NCBI GenBank assembly: GCA_963837955.1
Contig: CAWIPH010000002.1
Span: 1,536,001-1,600,000, forward strand
DNA: 64,000 nucleotides
Direction of reading: 5' to 3'
Origin: an uncultured Verrucomicrobiae bacterium
GTDB lineage: Bacteria; Verrucomicrobiota; Verrucomicrobiia; Chthoniobacterales; JAFAMB01
Translations under genes and position numbers: made by a program
In this document: in pieces, positions 47,875-58,980 of the stretch
How the letters are laid out: each line of letters opens with the position of its first letter
How positions within the stretch are numbered: the stretch's first letter is position 1
The notes under the pieces: generated by a model
What the model was told of the DNA's origin: nothing
The model's database searches: none
The model's input: the letters and a program-made list of their open reading frames with translations, nothing else

Positions 47875-48362
47875 TTATGATTTTGGGGGAAATGACTGAA
47901 ACGTGCCTCTGAGGACAAGAGCTTTCGCTAAAAGTCTGTCTACCAATAAACCAGCGGTTGATACAATAAATAGCCGCAAAAGAACGCAAAGATCGCAAAG
48001 AAAAAGGAGCGCATCTTCCAGCGTGGGTAGGGCGAAACAGGCCGGGAATAAGGCGCTAGCCGCCCGGCCTGTGAGCCGTATTCCCAGGACTTTTCCAACC
48101 GTGAACAGACGCGAATTGACTCGAATATGTTCCGTTGATTCGTGTCCATTCGTGGTTCGTATTCCGTCTTTTTTGCGTTCTCTGCGTTCTTTCGCGGCTA
48201 TTGATTCTATTCGTGGTTCATCATTCGTTTTGACAAGAAACGGACGAGCGGGAGCTCGTCCCTACCGTTTTGTTACGCACGAGCGGGAGCTCGTCCCTAC
48301 CATTTTGCTCGTGGTTCAACGGTTCGCTTTGACAAGCAGCCCGCTTCTCTCATCGTTCTGCT

Positions 48363-49349
48363 ATGAAATCTCCCGTGAAAGTGGCCGTGACCGGAGCTGC
48401 CGGTCAGATCGGTTACTCCCTGCTTTTTCGCATCGCCTCCGGTTCTATGTTTGGTCCCGATCAACCCCTGGAACTTCACCTGATTGAAATTCCTCCGGTA
48501 TTACCGGCTCTGGAAGGGGTTGTCATGGAACTGGAAGATTGCGCGTTCCCTTTAGTGCAGCGCATCGTGCCAACCGCCGATCTCGACGAAGGATTTCGGG
48601 CCGTTAACTGTGCTCTGCTGGTAGGTAGCGTGCCCCGAAAGCAGGGGATGGAGCGGAAAGATCTACTTGGGATCAACGGAAAGATTTTCATTGGGCAAGG
48701 TAGGGCCATCGCGCGCAACGCCGCGTCAGACGTTCGTGTGCTTGTCGTGGGTAACCCCTGTAACACGAACTGTCTGATTGCTATGAACAACGCGCGTGAG
48801 ATCCCAAGTGACCGCTGGTTTGCCATGACGCGATTGGACGAAAATCGGGCTAAATCTCAACTGGCCAAGAAAGCAGGGGGGCACGTGACCGATGTGACCA
48901 ACATGGCGATCTGGGGAAATCATTCCGCGACGCAGTATCCCGATTTTTACAACGCAAGGATCGACGGCAAACCCGCGACCCAGGTCATCAAAGATGAAGC
49001 GTGGCTGAAAGAGACCTTCATTGCTACGGTCCAACAGAGAGGCGCTGCCGTAATCAAAGCGCGAGGCTCTTCCTCTGCAGCTTCAGCAGCTAACGCGGTC
49101 GTTGACACAGTCAATTCACTGATTTCCACCACGCCGATGGAAGACTGGCATAGTGTCGCCGTCTGTTCCGACGGAAGTTACGGAGTAGAGAAAGGTTTGA
49201 TTAGTTCGTTCCCCATTCGTAGCAACGGAACTGACTGGGAGATTGTCCAAGGTGTGCCGATCAACGAATTCAGCCGATCCAAGATCGACGCGAGCGTGCA
49301 AGAATTAGCCGAAGAACGATCGTTGGTTGCGGAGCTGCTGCCGAAGTGA
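48363..49349 (+). CDS. mdh: malate dehydrogenase
   Basis: [66 protein letters not shown]. Confidence 0.97.
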   Translation: MKSPVKVAVTGAAGQIGYSLLFRIASGSMFGPDQPLELHLIEIPPVLPALEGVVMELEDCAFPLVQRIVPTADLDEGFRAVNCALLVGSVPRKQGMERKDLLGINGKIFIGQGRAIARNAASDVRVLVVGNPCNTNCLIAMNNAREIPSDRWFAMTRLDENRAKSQLAKKAGGHVTDVTNMAIWGNHSATQYPDFYNARIDGKPATQVIKDEAWLKETFIATVQQRGAAVIKARGSSSAASAANAVVDTVNSLISTTPMEDWHSVAVCSDGSYGVEKGLISSFPIRSNGTDWEIVQGVPINEFSRSKIDASVQELAEERSLVAELLPK

Positions 49350-49515
49350 AATAGCCACAAAAGAACGCAGAGAACGCAAAGAGTTGGAAGCGTATTGGCG
49401 CCCAGCGCGGAACGCGGTGATGGGCCAAGCGGGGAACGCGTGATTCAAGATAGCCAAGAGAATGTTGGACTTCGCTTGATCGAAATCGATGAACGATTCT
49501 TCAGCGGCGAAGCCG

Positions 49516-49721
49516 CGATTCAAGATAGCCTAGGGTGCAGCCCTAGGAACAAGAATATACACGATGGTTAGCGCTGAAAGCGCGTGACAAAGACAAGCCG
49601 TATTGTGATTGCAAGTGTTCGGGCGAATCAATTTGTAGGAGATTAAGACGCGCCTTCAGCGCTTGCGGTGGTTGGGTTATCTGAATTCCTAGGGCTGCAC
49701 CCTAAGGCTATCTTGAATCGC
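49516..49721. repeat. long inverted-repeat element (REPIN-like family 4)
   Basis: CGCGATTCAAGATAGCCTAGGGTGCAGCCCTAGGAA...TTCCTAGGGCTGCACCCTAAGGCTATCTTGAATCGCG with inner AGCGCTGAAAGCGCG / CGCGCCTTCAGCGCT. Confidence 0.82.
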
Positions 49722-49904
49722 GCGTTCCGCGCTTGAACTATCACGCCCCTTCCTCCGTTTGCTCCGTTTTCTCCTGTTCAAAAAGAATCCGGAACGGAAC
49801 GCGCCTCTGTTTCTTCCTGTGGAACAAAAGGTCATGTACCGAGCCGCGATTTTCGCTTGCTTCGGACGGCTTGCCCAGTAGCTTAGCTCCCTGTTTTTTC
49901 TGAC

Positions 49905-49977
49905 GCACCGTTAGCTCAATTGGCAGAGCAAGTGACTCTTAATCACTGGGTTGTAGGTTCGATTCCTACACGGTGCA
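49905..49977 (+). tRNA. tRNA-Lys(CTT)
   Basis: GCACCGT acceptor stem, AGTGA-CTCTTAA-TCACT anticodon arm, GGTTCGATTCC; CCA not encoded. Confidence 0.96.
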
Positions 49978-50135
49978 TAGCTCAGCCTAAACGACTTAGG
50001 TAAATTTCACGCTTTCGCGCAAATTCTTACTCGGCCACTTCTCGGCCACTTTTTTAAACGTGCCATGATGTTGGCGACGACCCTTTGGCTTACTCCATTT
50101 GCTTTCGCACTCTGTTGCACGAGGAGACAGCGCTC

Positions 50136-50173
50136 CTTAGCGTACGTAAATTTCCGTTTCCTGAGCGCACCCC
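50136..50173 (-). mobile_element. Tn3-family 38-bp inverted repeat (outer end at 50173)
   Basis: Reverse complement GGGGTGCGCTCAGGAAACGGAAATTTACGTACGCTAAG fits the GGGG...GAAAACGG...ACGCTAAG consensus. Confidence 0.85.
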
Positions 50174-50181
50174 ACGTGTGT

Positions 50182-50295
50182 TCATCGCGGCTTAGGTTGC
50201 GGGTGCGTTTGTGGCTTTACCTGCGGTTGCGGCTGATGCTTGAGTGTGATCGGCCCGATTTGTATCGGAGTGAATAGTTTTTTCTGAATGTGCAT
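50182..50295 (-). pseudogene. truncated Old Yellow Enzyme (alkene reductase) N-terminus fused to a Q/P-rich tail
   Basis: MHIQKKLFTPIQIGPITLKH then QPQPQVKPQTHPQPKPR*; starts 3 bp after the upstream gene. Confidence 0.65.
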
Positions 50296-50298
50296 ACC

Positions 50299-51108
50299 CT
50301 ATTCCCGACCCTCGAAGAGATTCTGAAGCTGCGAATACTGCATCGCGTCTTCGTTGAAGACCCCACAGTCCCCTTCCTTGAGGAAGTTCTCAGCGAGCCG
50401 GGCGACATGCTTGTAGGCGATCTGCGCGATCGCTGTTCCAGCACTCAGGCGCCGCACATTGAGCTTCGCCAGTTCGTCGATCTTCGGCAGCTCAGACGAC
50501 GACATGAGATTGATTGGCAAGTCGGTGCCTGCGGCGATCTTGGAGATGTGCGCAATCTCCATCAGACCGGGTACGAATAGACCATCAGCGCCAGCCTCTT
50601 GATACGTCGCCGCTCGATCCAGGGTTTCCCGCAGCTTCTTGTCGTCAGCCACGAGATCCTGCAAATAGACGTCGGTTCGCGCATTGACAAAAACGTCGAC
50701 CCCCTCCGACGAAACCATCTTTTTGATTGCCTCGATCTTCTTGGCCAGAAGGGCCGGCTCATCGGTCCCGTCCTCGATGTTGATGCCCGAGATGCCGGCG
50801 GCAACGATCGGCTTGAGATTTTCCACGACGACAGCCGGCTTGTCCGAATAACCAGCCTCGAAGTCGATCGAGACAGGCACCTTCACTGTTTTAACGATTT
50901 CCCCCGCCAAATGCGCCAGGAGGCGCGGTTGCATCTTGTTGCCGTCCGGATACCCCTTCGACCAGGCCACACCTGCGCTCGTTGTCGCTACCGCTTTTGC
51001 GCCGACTGATTCGACGATGCGCGCTCCGCCCGCGTCCCAGACATTGGGTAGAATCAGTGGCTTACCAGCGTTCGAGTGCAGATCCCTAAAAATACGTGTC
51101 ATTTTCAA
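50299..51108 (-). CDS. isocitrate lyase/PEP mutase family protein
   Basis: LPNVWDAGGA, ATTSAGVA, PVSIDFEAGY, GINIEDG, FVNARTDVYL, AGADGLFVPG. Confidence 0.92.
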   Translation of the reverse strand: MKMTRIFRDLHSNAGKPLILPNVWDAGGARIVESVGAKAVATTSAGVAWSKGYPDGNKMQPRLLAHLAGEIVKTVKVPVSIDFEAGYSDKPAVVVENLKPIVAAGISGINIEDGTDEPALLAKKIEAIKKMVSSEGVDVFVNARTDVYLQDLVADDKKLRETLDRAATYQEAGADGLFVPGLMEIAHISKIAAGTDLPINLMSSSELPKIDELAKLNVRRLSAGTAIAQIAYKHVARLAENFLKEGDCGVFNEDAMQYSQLQNLFEGRE

Positions 51109-51185
51109 TGTATGTACCTCATTATTATAGCTTTATATGTTATCTGATTTTGTTTGGTTAGCGAAAATACGATGTATGTTCGTAG

Positions 51186-51232
51186 TTGACAAGTAGGCAC
51201 AATTTTCTACAGTAGTGACAAAAATGTGCCTA
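51186..51232 (+). promoter_or_regulatory. candidate promoter and HxlR-type operator
   Basis: TTGACA (51186) / TACAGT (51208) overlapped by inverted repeat TAGGCACAATTTT...AAAAATGTGCCTA. Confidence 0.5.
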
Positions 51233-51248
51233 AGGATCAAAACACGCT

Positions 51249-51731
51249 ATGAGACACAGACGCTATGATCGATTGGGTTGCCCGGTTGAGGCGTGCACCG
51301 AGGTTATCGGAGGAAAGTGGAAGGGAGAAATCCTCTTTATCCTTTTCAGCGACGGTACCAAGCGACACAGCGAGCTTCGCAAGCTCATTCCAGATACCAC
51401 TCAGCGCATGCTCACAACGCAGCTGCGCGAGTTAGAGGAAGACGGCGTAATCGAGCGCAAGATCTACGCTCAAATTCCACCGAAGGTGGAATATTCCATT
51501 TCCAAGCGCGGCCAGGCCCTGAAGCCGATCATCGATGCGATGTGGGACTGGGGAAAAAATTTCTTGGATAGGTTGCCCAAGGACCAAGTGAAACCAAAGG
51601 CTTCCTACAGTCTGACCAATGTTTCGCCTTCAAGAGGTGCCAATCAAATGCCAGCGCTAAACAACAAGTCTCAGCCGGAAAATGGCAATACGATGTTACT
51701 AAGGAAATCAAGGCGGCCGGCTACGTCGTAA
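51249..51731 (+). CDS. HxlR-family transcriptional regulator
   Basis: GCPVEA..EVIGGKWK, RMLT.QLRELEEDG, PPKVEYS. Confidence 0.92.
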   Translation: MRHRRYDRLGCPVEACTEVIGGKWKGEILFILFSDGTKRHSELRKLIPDTTQRMLTTQLRELEEDGVIERKIYAQIPPKVEYSISKRGQALKPIIDAMWDWGKNFLDRLPKDQVKPKASYSLTNVSPSRGANQMPALNNKSQPENGNTMLLRKSRRPATS

Positions 51732-51834
51732 ACCTGGAGAGAATCTAATCAGGTAAGACCCGAGGGCACGGCTTTCCCGTTTGCTGAGCACCTCTCGGGA
51801 TGACGGAGCGATGTTTGTGGAAACTAACTAACGC

Positions 51835-52074
51835 CTAAAGCTGATCGGGGTCACCTGAAATCGTGACGTACTCTTCACACATGCTTACAAACGTCCAGTG
51901 TGAATAAATAGGATTGGAATGACTTTCGCTCCCATCGGACCAAATCACCTGACAGATGCGTCGAAAGAAAATCGGATCACCTTCTTTCAACTTCTTCAGC
52001 TGGCGACCTTGGAAAACTCTTTCGGTTTTCGGGTTGATCAGAAATTGACGTCCCTTGGGCAGGAATACACGCAT
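51835..52074 (-). CDS. small hypothetical protein
   Basis: 79-aa ORF, no motif. Confidence 0.35.
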   Translation of the reverse strand: MRVFLPKGRQFLINPKTERVFQGRQLKKLKEGDPIFFRRICQVIWSDGSESHSNPIYSHWTFVSMCEEYVTISGDPDQL

Positions 52075-52671
52075 GGAGATCGGCTTTTTTCATGATCGAT
52101 TTTTCGAGACTAGTACAAGTTTTAGCCAAATGCTTCCTAAAAAATCGTCTCGGAACGGGCTTCTTTCAGTTCTTTACGTAACTTGTTCTCCGGGAGAAAA
52201 ACTTTTTCTCCCCGTCGAGCCCCAAAGCGGTCTCTCCTTCCTCTTTCTCCTAGGCGCACCCAGGTTCGCCTAATACCACTCCTGTACCAAGTGTCTGGCT
52301 ATCGCCAGATTTGCCTTCCGCCCCCGCGGAGGCCTCTCCAGCGCAAGAGTACCGTCTGCGGCTTAAACAGCCGGCGCCCACTCTCTCGCCAAGCCTCGGG
52401 GGTCCCTCTATTTAAATCCTCAACCCGTCTCGTTCCTCGCGGCTCTTGCCCTTCCAGGCCTTCTTCCGCGGCGCTCAGCTAGCGCTTCGCCTTCGGCTCG
52501 AAAAATATGCAACAGCAATTTTTCTCGTTCGAAAGCGAACTCAAAAATACTACCCCGGACCCCGCTTCGTCTCAGTGTTCCTCGGTCCAAGAGCGCTTGG
52601 CTACTTACGGTTCGGAAGCGTTGGATTCCGTCGAACACGTTGGGTTGGAGTCCAAGGAGTCCTTCCCTGCC

Positions 52672-53871
52672 TTAAATCAGCGCTTGATACACCAGATTAG
52701 TAAACCGCTCGAAGAGGCCGTGCTCGTCGTATGGGAAGTGTTGGGTAAAGACGAGCAAGACGAGCTCTTCAACCGGATCGACCACGCATAGGGTGGTCGC
52801 TTTGCCGCTCCAGCCGAAGGAACCTAGCGTTCCCAGGGTACCCGCCAGACCATTGTTTATACGAACGGCGACCCCGAGCCCGAAACCGTATCCCTCAGTA
52901 TAAGTCCGATTCGTAATGCGCAACCCACCCAGATGATCGACAGTCATTTGCTCGAAGGCTTTTCGGCTCAGGATGCGGACCCCGTTTAGCTCGCCGCCAT
53001 TACAAAGCATCTGTCCGAAACGGCTGTAGTCTTCGATGGTTGAAAACAGGCCGGATCCACCCTCGGCAAATCTCTTTACTCCGTCGCTGACTTCAAAGTC
53101 AAAGCGTTCGACGGGCTGGAGCTCGCCGTTTTTGCCATGTTCGTAAACCTTGGCCAAACGATCCCTCTTGGCTTGGTCGACCACGAAGCCAGTATCGACC
53201 ATCCTGAGTGGATCGAATATTCGTTCCTTGAGGAAGTGATCAAACCGCTGGCCGCTCACGACCTCAACCACCCGCGCCAAAATGTCCATCGAAAACCCAT
53301 ATTCATACATGGTTCCCGGCTCTCTTTTCAGCGGTAGCGCGGCTAACATTTTCACCAAATCAGCCAATGACTCTGCATTTTCCAGGCCGGCAGCTCGATA
53401 CAGCTCGTCGATCGGTTCTTCGTCATCGCCGTAACTGAAGCCGGAGGTGTGAGTAAAAAGATGATGGATGGTGATCGCGACTTCCGCCGGAATTACTTCC
53501 CGGTGTTGAGCTGTGCCTCCAACAAAGATCTTCATATCGCTGAACTCGGGAAGGTAGTCTTTGATCGGATCCGATAAGCCCAATTTCCCTTCTTCAATGA
53601 GGGTCAGAGCCGCCACACCGGTAACGATCTTCGTGAGGGAATAGATCCGCATGATGGTATCGCCTTGCATGGGTTTTCCCTGTTGCCGGTCTCGAAGTCC
53701 GGCGGCAAAGAAATCGGCTACTTCGCCTTTGCGGAGCAACAGGGCACTGATACCCGCATGTTTCCTTTCCTCCACGAACGACTCGATCCGGCGATGCAGC
53801 CGTTCCAGGCGTTGAACAGAAAAGCCAAGTTTCGCGGCGCCAGCGTTAGAAGACGTTGCAGCAGTAGTCAC
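52672..53871 (-). CDS. serine hydrolase (beta-lactamase/esterase family)
   Basis: RIYSLTK (SxxK), LFTHTSG, PG..YEYG, GLFST..DY.RF, FGWSG. Confidence 0.92.
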   Translation of the reverse strand: MTTAATSSNAGAAKLGFSVQRLERLHRRIESFVEERKHAGISALLLRKGEVADFFAAGLRDRQQGKPMQGDTIMRIYSLTKIVTGVAALTLIEEGKLGLSDPIKDYLPEFSDMKIFVGGTAQHREVIPAEVAITIHHLFTHTSGFSYGDDEEPIDELYRAAGLENAESLADLVKMLAALPLKREPGTMYEYGFSMDILARVVEVVSGQRFDHFLKERIFDPLRMVDTGFVVDQAKRDRLAKVYEHGKNGELQPVERFDFEVSDGVKRFAEGGSGLFSTIEDYSRFGQMLCNGGELNGVRILSRKAFEQMTVDHLGGLRITNRTYTEGYGFGLGVAVRINNGLAGTLGTLGSFGWSGKATTLCVVDPVEELVLLVFTQHFPYDEHGLFERFTNLVYQALI

Positions 53872-53993
53872 GCGGGCAGACTAGCAGGGCTTTGCGAATA
53901 GAAAATGAAGGAGTTCGCGAAGTTCAGGGAGCTAGAAGACCGTGATTGCTGTTAATCTTCCCGGCAGCAAGCCGGGCATTTGGTAATGATGTA

Positions 53994-54230
53994 GGGCTCC
54001 GCTCACGAAACGGATTACAAAGCACGTTAAGCCATGGGATAAGATCGAAGCGGCCGGAATTTCGCCTTCTGAAGGCGTTTGCTTGCTGGCCAGACATAAT
54101 CCCCGGTTAAATTGATATGTTCCCAACCCATCGGCGAGAGATGTTGAAGAAGGCTTTCGTGGATGCTGTGGGCGTGTGCTTTGAGCGATTGGACGGCGCG
54201 TTCTAAATAAGTGGTATTCCACAGCACGAT
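53994..54230 (-). mobile_element. Tn3-family transposon end: TnpA C-terminal fragment plus 38-bp IR (53994-54031)
   Basis: [13 protein letters not shown]...[21 protein letters not shown]...FRPLR is the Tn3 TnpA C-terminus; IR GGGCTCCGCTCACGAAACGGATTACAAAGCACGTTAAG. Confidence 0.9.
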
Positions 54231-55445
54231 AGATCCGCGCGATTCTTGTCCAACTCCGAGCTGCTTTCGCAAGGGAATACAAACAGTAACGGTTGTACCC
54301 TCTCCAATCTCGCTCCTTACTACTAACCGAAATGAGCTGCCGAACAAACCTTGCAAGCGCCGCCGTAACAGCACCAGCGCGTGAACCCGCGGACGTTCTG
54401 CGAAGAAAAGCTGTTCGACTTCACTCGAAGCTACACCTTGCCCGTCATCGGTGACGCTCATCTCTAGCCACGGTCCTGTAGCGCGGACCATAAGCCAAAG
54501 CCGCCCGGCTCCCGGCGAAGAGTGAAGCCCGTGTTCGATCGCGTTCTTTACTAACGGCTGGAAAGAGAAAGGCGGCACCAGAACCTTCAACAAACCTGGA
54601 CCGAGAGTCTGCTCCACCTTCAATCGACCACCAAATCGAAGCGATTGGATGTCTAAATAGGCAGCCAGGACGGCCAGTTCTTCCTCCAGGGGTACGAGTG
54701 CTCGCTCTGGTTGGGAAAAACTGGCCTCGAGGAATTGACGCAACCGTCCTGTCGCCCGAGGCACTTCTCGAGGTGCGACCTTCGCCAGAGCCGCTAGCGT
54801 ATTCAGAGCATTGAACAAAAAGTGTGGATTCATGCGCATTTGCAGAGCGCGGATGTCAGCTGAAACGACTGCTCGGGTCTGCTCGTCACGATCGCGTACC
54901 CGCGCGACGATAGCCAGAATCAAGGCGGTGCCTAACCCTTGCAGCAGAGGGGCTCTGCCGATCTCCTCAATCGTGGGCCGTGCCGCAGGCGAATGATCAG
55001 CGAAAACGAAGAGGATGCCATTCCGCAGCGAGGATACCCCCAAAGTCAGACAGAATCCGGTTAACGGGTGTTGTGCTAGTTTGGGGCGCCAACGGTATAG
55101 CAACCCTCCCGCTAAACCGCCGCATAACATAGCGGGCGCGATCGAGTCTAACGGCAGCCCGTGATACTCGACGGCTAACCAAGTGACAAAGACGGCGACC
55201 GCCAGTCCCACCGAAGGACCGGCCACTAGACCAGCCGCGCATACCGCCACGATTCGTTCGTGGAGCAAGCCGGCATGCGAAACCGTGGCTTCTTCGATGA
55301 GGCCGAGGACTAGAAACACCAGCAAGGCCGTTCCTTGATCGCGTATCGAGAGCAAAGACCGTTCTTGCCGCCTAAAGCCCGGAACGAGGGTGAGCGCGAA
55401 GGCTGCCGTCACCAATACACAAACTTCATTTAAAATCGTATCCAT
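54027..55445 (-). CDS. LytS-type membrane sensor histidine kinase, in-frame fusion to Tn3 TnpA tail
   Basis: 5TM region, [48 protein letters not shown]; start set at MDTIL. Confidence 0.85.
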   Translation of the reverse strand: MDTILNEVCVLVTAAFALTLVPGFRRQERSLLSIRDQGTALLVFLVLGLIEEATVSHAGLLHERIVAVCAAGLVAGPSVGLAVAVFVTWLAVEYHGLPLDSIAPAMLCGGLAGGLLYRWRPKLAQHPLTGFCLTLGVSSLRNGILFVFADHSPAARPTIEEIGRAPLLQGLGTALILAIVARVRDRDEQTRAVVSADIRALQMRMNPHFLFNALNTLAALAKVAPREVPRATGRLRQFLEASFSQPERALVPLEEELAVLAAYLDIQSLRFGGRLKVEQTLGPGLLKVLVPPFSFQPLVKNAIEHGLHSSPGAGRLWLMVRATGPWLEMSVTDDGQGVASSEVEQLFFAERPRVHALVLLRRRLQGLFGSSFRLVVRSEIGEGTTVTVCIPLRKQLGVGQESRGSIVLWNTTYLERAVQSLKAHAHSIHESLLQHLSPMGWEHINLTGDYVWPASKRLQKAKFRPLRSYPMA

Positions 55446-55465
55446 CGCCAAAACTCCAAAATCGA

Positions 55466-56530
55466 TTACTGCAGAGGGGTTTCGGGGGAACGAAAGGCGT
55501 TTTCTATTCTCGGCGATGTCAGTCCGGCGGGCGTTTGCTGCAGTCCCGCCTTTTCCATGGCTCTCCATTCGCTGGGGGTTACACCTTCCCACATCCGGAA
55601 CGCGCGGAGAAAGGAGTTGGGGTCTTCATATCCAAGCAGAGAGGCCGTCTTGCTGAGCCCCAATGACGGGTGCTGGAGGGAGAGGCGAGCCAACTCTCTC
55701 CGCGCATCACTTAAGAGTTCCCGGAAACTGCTACCCTCTTCGGCGATTCGGCGTTGCAATGTGCGGGTGCTCATTCTCAGCGCCTTTGCCACTTCGTAAA
55801 TGTCGGGGTACTGGCCGCCGAGTACTCGCTTGAGCACCCATTTCGCACGCGAAGAAGTTGTTTGCCGGGTTTTTAGCCGGGCAATTTCACGGTCGTATTT
55901 AGGGCCGAGAATGGCCAGCAGTTTGGCGTTGTAAGTGGCGAAAGGAAGTTGGAGATCGCCGGTTCGGAACACGATGCTATTACGGCGCGCCTTGAATCGA
56001 ACACGGCATCCATAGTGAGCTTCGTAGATTTCCTGATGGCTTGCTTTTCTCGTCAGCTCGACGCGCAGTGGATGCAACGGCTGTTGAGTACCTCGTCGCC
56101 CGGTTTCGTGCACGAGTGCGAAAGCGAGATCCAGAAAAACGGCCGGAGCCGCCTCATTCAGCAGGGCCCCAGTAAACTCGATACTGCACTCGTTCTTGGT
56201 TTTGACAATTTCAATATGCTCGGAGAAGCAGAGAGCCGTAGAGCGGGCCAGATGTGGTAAGGCATCCCCGAACGTTCGGGCATGTCGGGCCGCGATGTTG
56301 GCGAGGTGACAAGGAGGATTTAGAGTGGCCAGTCTCAGGCCGATTGCAGGGTCCTCGCTGACCTTTTCCAACGTGTGGCATAGCCTGAAAAATTGGTCGG
56401 GCGAAATCATACCATCGCCGGAGCTGCAGAGTGTAGGCGGAAGGCTGCTTTTGCGAAGAAGGAACGCAGGATTGATGCTCGCGGCTTTCAGCTTGGCTAG
56501 AAAAGTCTCGGGGAGTCTGAACTTGTTCAT
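55466..56530 (-). CDS. AraC-family transcriptional regulator
   Basis: [36 protein letters not shown]. Confidence 0.9.
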   Translation of the reverse strand: MNKFRLPETFLAKLKAASINPAFLLRKSSLPPTLCSSGDGMISPDQFFRLCHTLEKVSEDPAIGLRLATLNPPCHLANIAARHARTFGDALPHLARSTALCFSEHIEIVKTKNECSIEFTGALLNEAAPAVFLDLAFALVHETGRRGTQQPLHPLRVELTRKASHQEIYEAHYGCRVRFKARRNSIVFRTGDLQLPFATYNAKLLAILGPKYDREIARLKTRQTTSSRAKWVLKRVLGGQYPDIYEVAKALRMSTRTLQRRIAEEGSSFRELLSDARRELARLSLQHPSLGLSKTASLLGYEDPNSFLRAFRMWEGVTPSEWRAMEKAGLQQTPAGLTSPRIENAFRSPETPLQ

Positions 56531-56559
56531 TGGTTCTGGCAGACAATCGTGCACAATGG

Positions 56560-56718
56560 AATCGCACTAAGCAGACGATTCTTGTGGATTGCGCGAAGAT
56601 CTGAAAATTGCTCCGGCTGCCGGGCACACGCGACCACTCCTTGTCCTGCCTCAAGGGCGACTTGGTAAGAGCGGCCCAGGCTGCACGAACTTCCTTTAAT
56701 AAAGCAACCATTAGACAT
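56560..56718 (-). pseudogene. degenerate SDR N-terminal fragment
   Basis: MSNGCFIKGSSCSLGRS...ALEAGQGVVACARQPEQFSDL resembles MSKVWFITGSSRGLGR...ALEAG..VVATAR.PEQL.DL. Confidence 0.6.
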
Positions 56719-56850
56719 AACAATAGCGGACTCGATTGATTAAAGATGACGCTTCGTGTCTCCTCGCGTTTATTGACTCTTGGCCTATTTCTCCGAACCA
56801 GTAACTAGCAGGACGCGACAAATCCGCATGCAGCGGACGGAAACAAAACA

Positions 56851-57948
56851 TTAGGTTAAAAGCTCTTGTGCTTGGGCCCAAGTGCGGCGGACGAATTCCG
56901 CTGCGGATTCACGGCGCGCGAAGGCTGCGCTTTGTCCTGCCCAAAGTTGCATCCGGTGAATGTCCTTCGTGTCTAGCCCGGTTTGGCGCATGGCCGCAGT
57001 CAAATCGAACTGGACCGGATAGGGAGCCGGGCTCGGCGCATCATGCGAATTGGCGGCGCGCACGTAGTCGGTCTCGATCGCACGGGCAAGCCGGCCGGTG
57101 AACGCGCGCGTCAAGACGGTCGCTTCCGGTTCCAAATCGGGCAGCGCATCAGCCCACGGTGCATTAGTGCCCGCTTCCGGACAACGGAGGAAAGCGGTGC
57201 CGATCTGGACCGCGCTCGCGCCCAAAGTCAATGCGGCGGCGAGCCCTCGCCCGTCGGCGATGCCACCCGCAGCGATAATCGGAACCGACAGTTTATCCGC
57301 CAAGCGTGGCAGCAATGAAAAAAGGCCGACACATCGGCGCTCCGCTAGCGCTTGATCAAAAGAGCCTCGGTGGCCGCCGGCTTCGTACCCCTGCGCTACG
57401 ATCGCGTCGGCTCCGGCCCATTCGGCCTCTCGAGCTTCAGCCAGAGTCGTTGCGCAGGCAAACCATGCGATTCCATGATCCTTCAACTTTTCGACAAATG
57501 GTGAAGAATACAGACCCATGATCGAAGAAACAACGGTGGGTCTGATGGCGGAAAAAGAGTCGCATTGCTTTTCAAAATCCGGAAACTGGATTCCGCTGAC
57601 CTTGGCTGGAACGGTCGGCCCCCAGCTTGACAGGAACTCTCGCATCCGCTGCTCGGCGGCGGAATCACGTGGGGGCGCTGCTGAATCCGGAATCCAAAGA
57701 TTCAATTGAAAAGGTCCCATGCTCCGCGACCGAAATTCGGACACCCACTTGACGATCGCATCCGGACTCGACATAAGGGCACCCATCGCGCCCATACCAC
57801 CTGCGTCCGCGACGGCTACTGCTAAGCTAACTGGGCAGGAGCCGGCCATTGGCGCCTGAAGGATTGGTAGTCGCAGACCATACTGCTGACAAAACGCCAC
57901 CGCTCGAGCTCTTGCGCTCTGCGAGTCTAGAGACTTTTGCTCGTCCAT
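56851..57948 (-). CDS. nitronate monooxygenase family flavoprotein
   Basis: [53 protein letters not shown]. Confidence 0.93.
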   Translation of the reverse strand: MDEQKSLDSQSARARAVAFCQQYGLRLPILQAPMAGSCPVSLAVAVADAGGMGAMGALMSSPDAIVKWVSEFRSRSMGPFQLNLWIPDSAAPPRDSAAEQRMREFLSSWGPTVPAKVSGIQFPDFEKQCDSFSAIRPTVVSSIMGLYSSPFVEKLKDHGIAWFACATTLAEAREAEWAGADAIVAQGYEAGGHRGSFDQALAERRCVGLFSLLPRLADKLSVPIIAAGGIADGRGLAAALTLGASAVQIGTAFLRCPEAGTNAPWADALPDLEPEATVLTRAFTGRLARAIETDYVRAANSHDAPSPAPYPVQFDLTAAMRQTGLDTKDIHRMQLWAGQSAAFARRESAAEFVRRTWAQAQELLT

Positions 57949-58065
57949 ATTTTCTTTAAATCGGTTCAGGTGTTGACGCCTCGTTCACTTCCATCGCGAT
58001 GGTTCTTATTCGCTCTTAGGAGAAAGACTCTGTGTAAAAGAAACGGTTCTGCTCCCATTATCTAA

Positions 58066-58789
58066 TTACCATTTTCCGGCATGCGCGCCGCCGTCAACAT
58101 GAAGCACTTCCCCCGTGATAAACGTTGCATCGTTGAGGTACATCACCGCATCAACGACCTCACCGATTTCGCCCATTCTGCCGATGGGTTTGAAGACTCT
58201 TCAAAAAGTCATGGGCTTCGATTTTGTGCATCGGCGTTTTTATGGCTCCGAGAGCGACGGTGTTGATGCGTATGCCCTGTCCGGCATATTCAATTGCGAG
58301 TGCGCGGGTAACGGCGTGCAACCCACCTTTGGTCAACACCTGTAATGCACAGGGAACGCCGGCGATCGGCTGATCGGCGACAGAGGTCGAAATATTCACA
58401 ACATGGCCACACTCCTGTCGAAGCATCTGCTTAGCAGCGTTTTGGCTAATATAAAAGAAGCCCGCTAAAATCGTCGATACCAGCGCCTCGAAATCACCAG
58501 AGGTGTAATCGATAAAAGGCTTGGCCAGCAACAAGCCAGCATTGTTGACCAGGACGTCGATGCGGCCAAAACGCGCGATAGCGGTGTCGGTGATTTTTTG
58601 CGCCGTTGCGCAATCACCTATATCGCCATCCACGAGTGCCAGACGAGGCGAAGGAGTTAAGTTTGTTGAATCGCTGATAGTGCGCGAATTCCCGACCACG
58701 TTATAACCCATTTCCAAAAAACGGGTCACAAGGCCTGCTCCAATCCCCTGTGATGCGCCCGTAACGATTGCTGTTCTTGTTGTTAACAT
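58066..58789 (-). pseudogene. SDR oxidoreductase with +1 frameshift near 58190
   Basis: TGASQGIG, NNAG; after FLKSLQ an extra A shifts PIGRMGEIGEVVDAVMYLNDATFITGEVLHVDGGAHAGKW* out of frame. Confidence 0.8.
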
Positions 58790-58980
58790 ATGACGAATTT
58801 CATTCTGATTGCATCGAGTGTTTTTCATGAGCCGTCCTCTGAAGCTAGCTACGCGGACTAACAGTAATGTTGCCCCAGGATGACGTTTCCCCTGGGGTCC
58901 ATTTGTATCCATGCTGGAAAGCCCGCTACTTCCCTATAGAGTAGTTATTACCCATATTTTTGTCGATTCGTAGCCTCGTT

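Noticed and set aside
52080..52670. Unassigned 600-bp stretch that might be an origin or ncRNA
   Set aside because: No iterons, convincing ORF or recognisable RNA motif could be supported by eye.
55445..55592. Extended N-terminus of the sensor kinase
   Set aside because: It overlaps the AraC gene in another frame; MDTIL at 55445 follows a GGAG ribosome-binding site.
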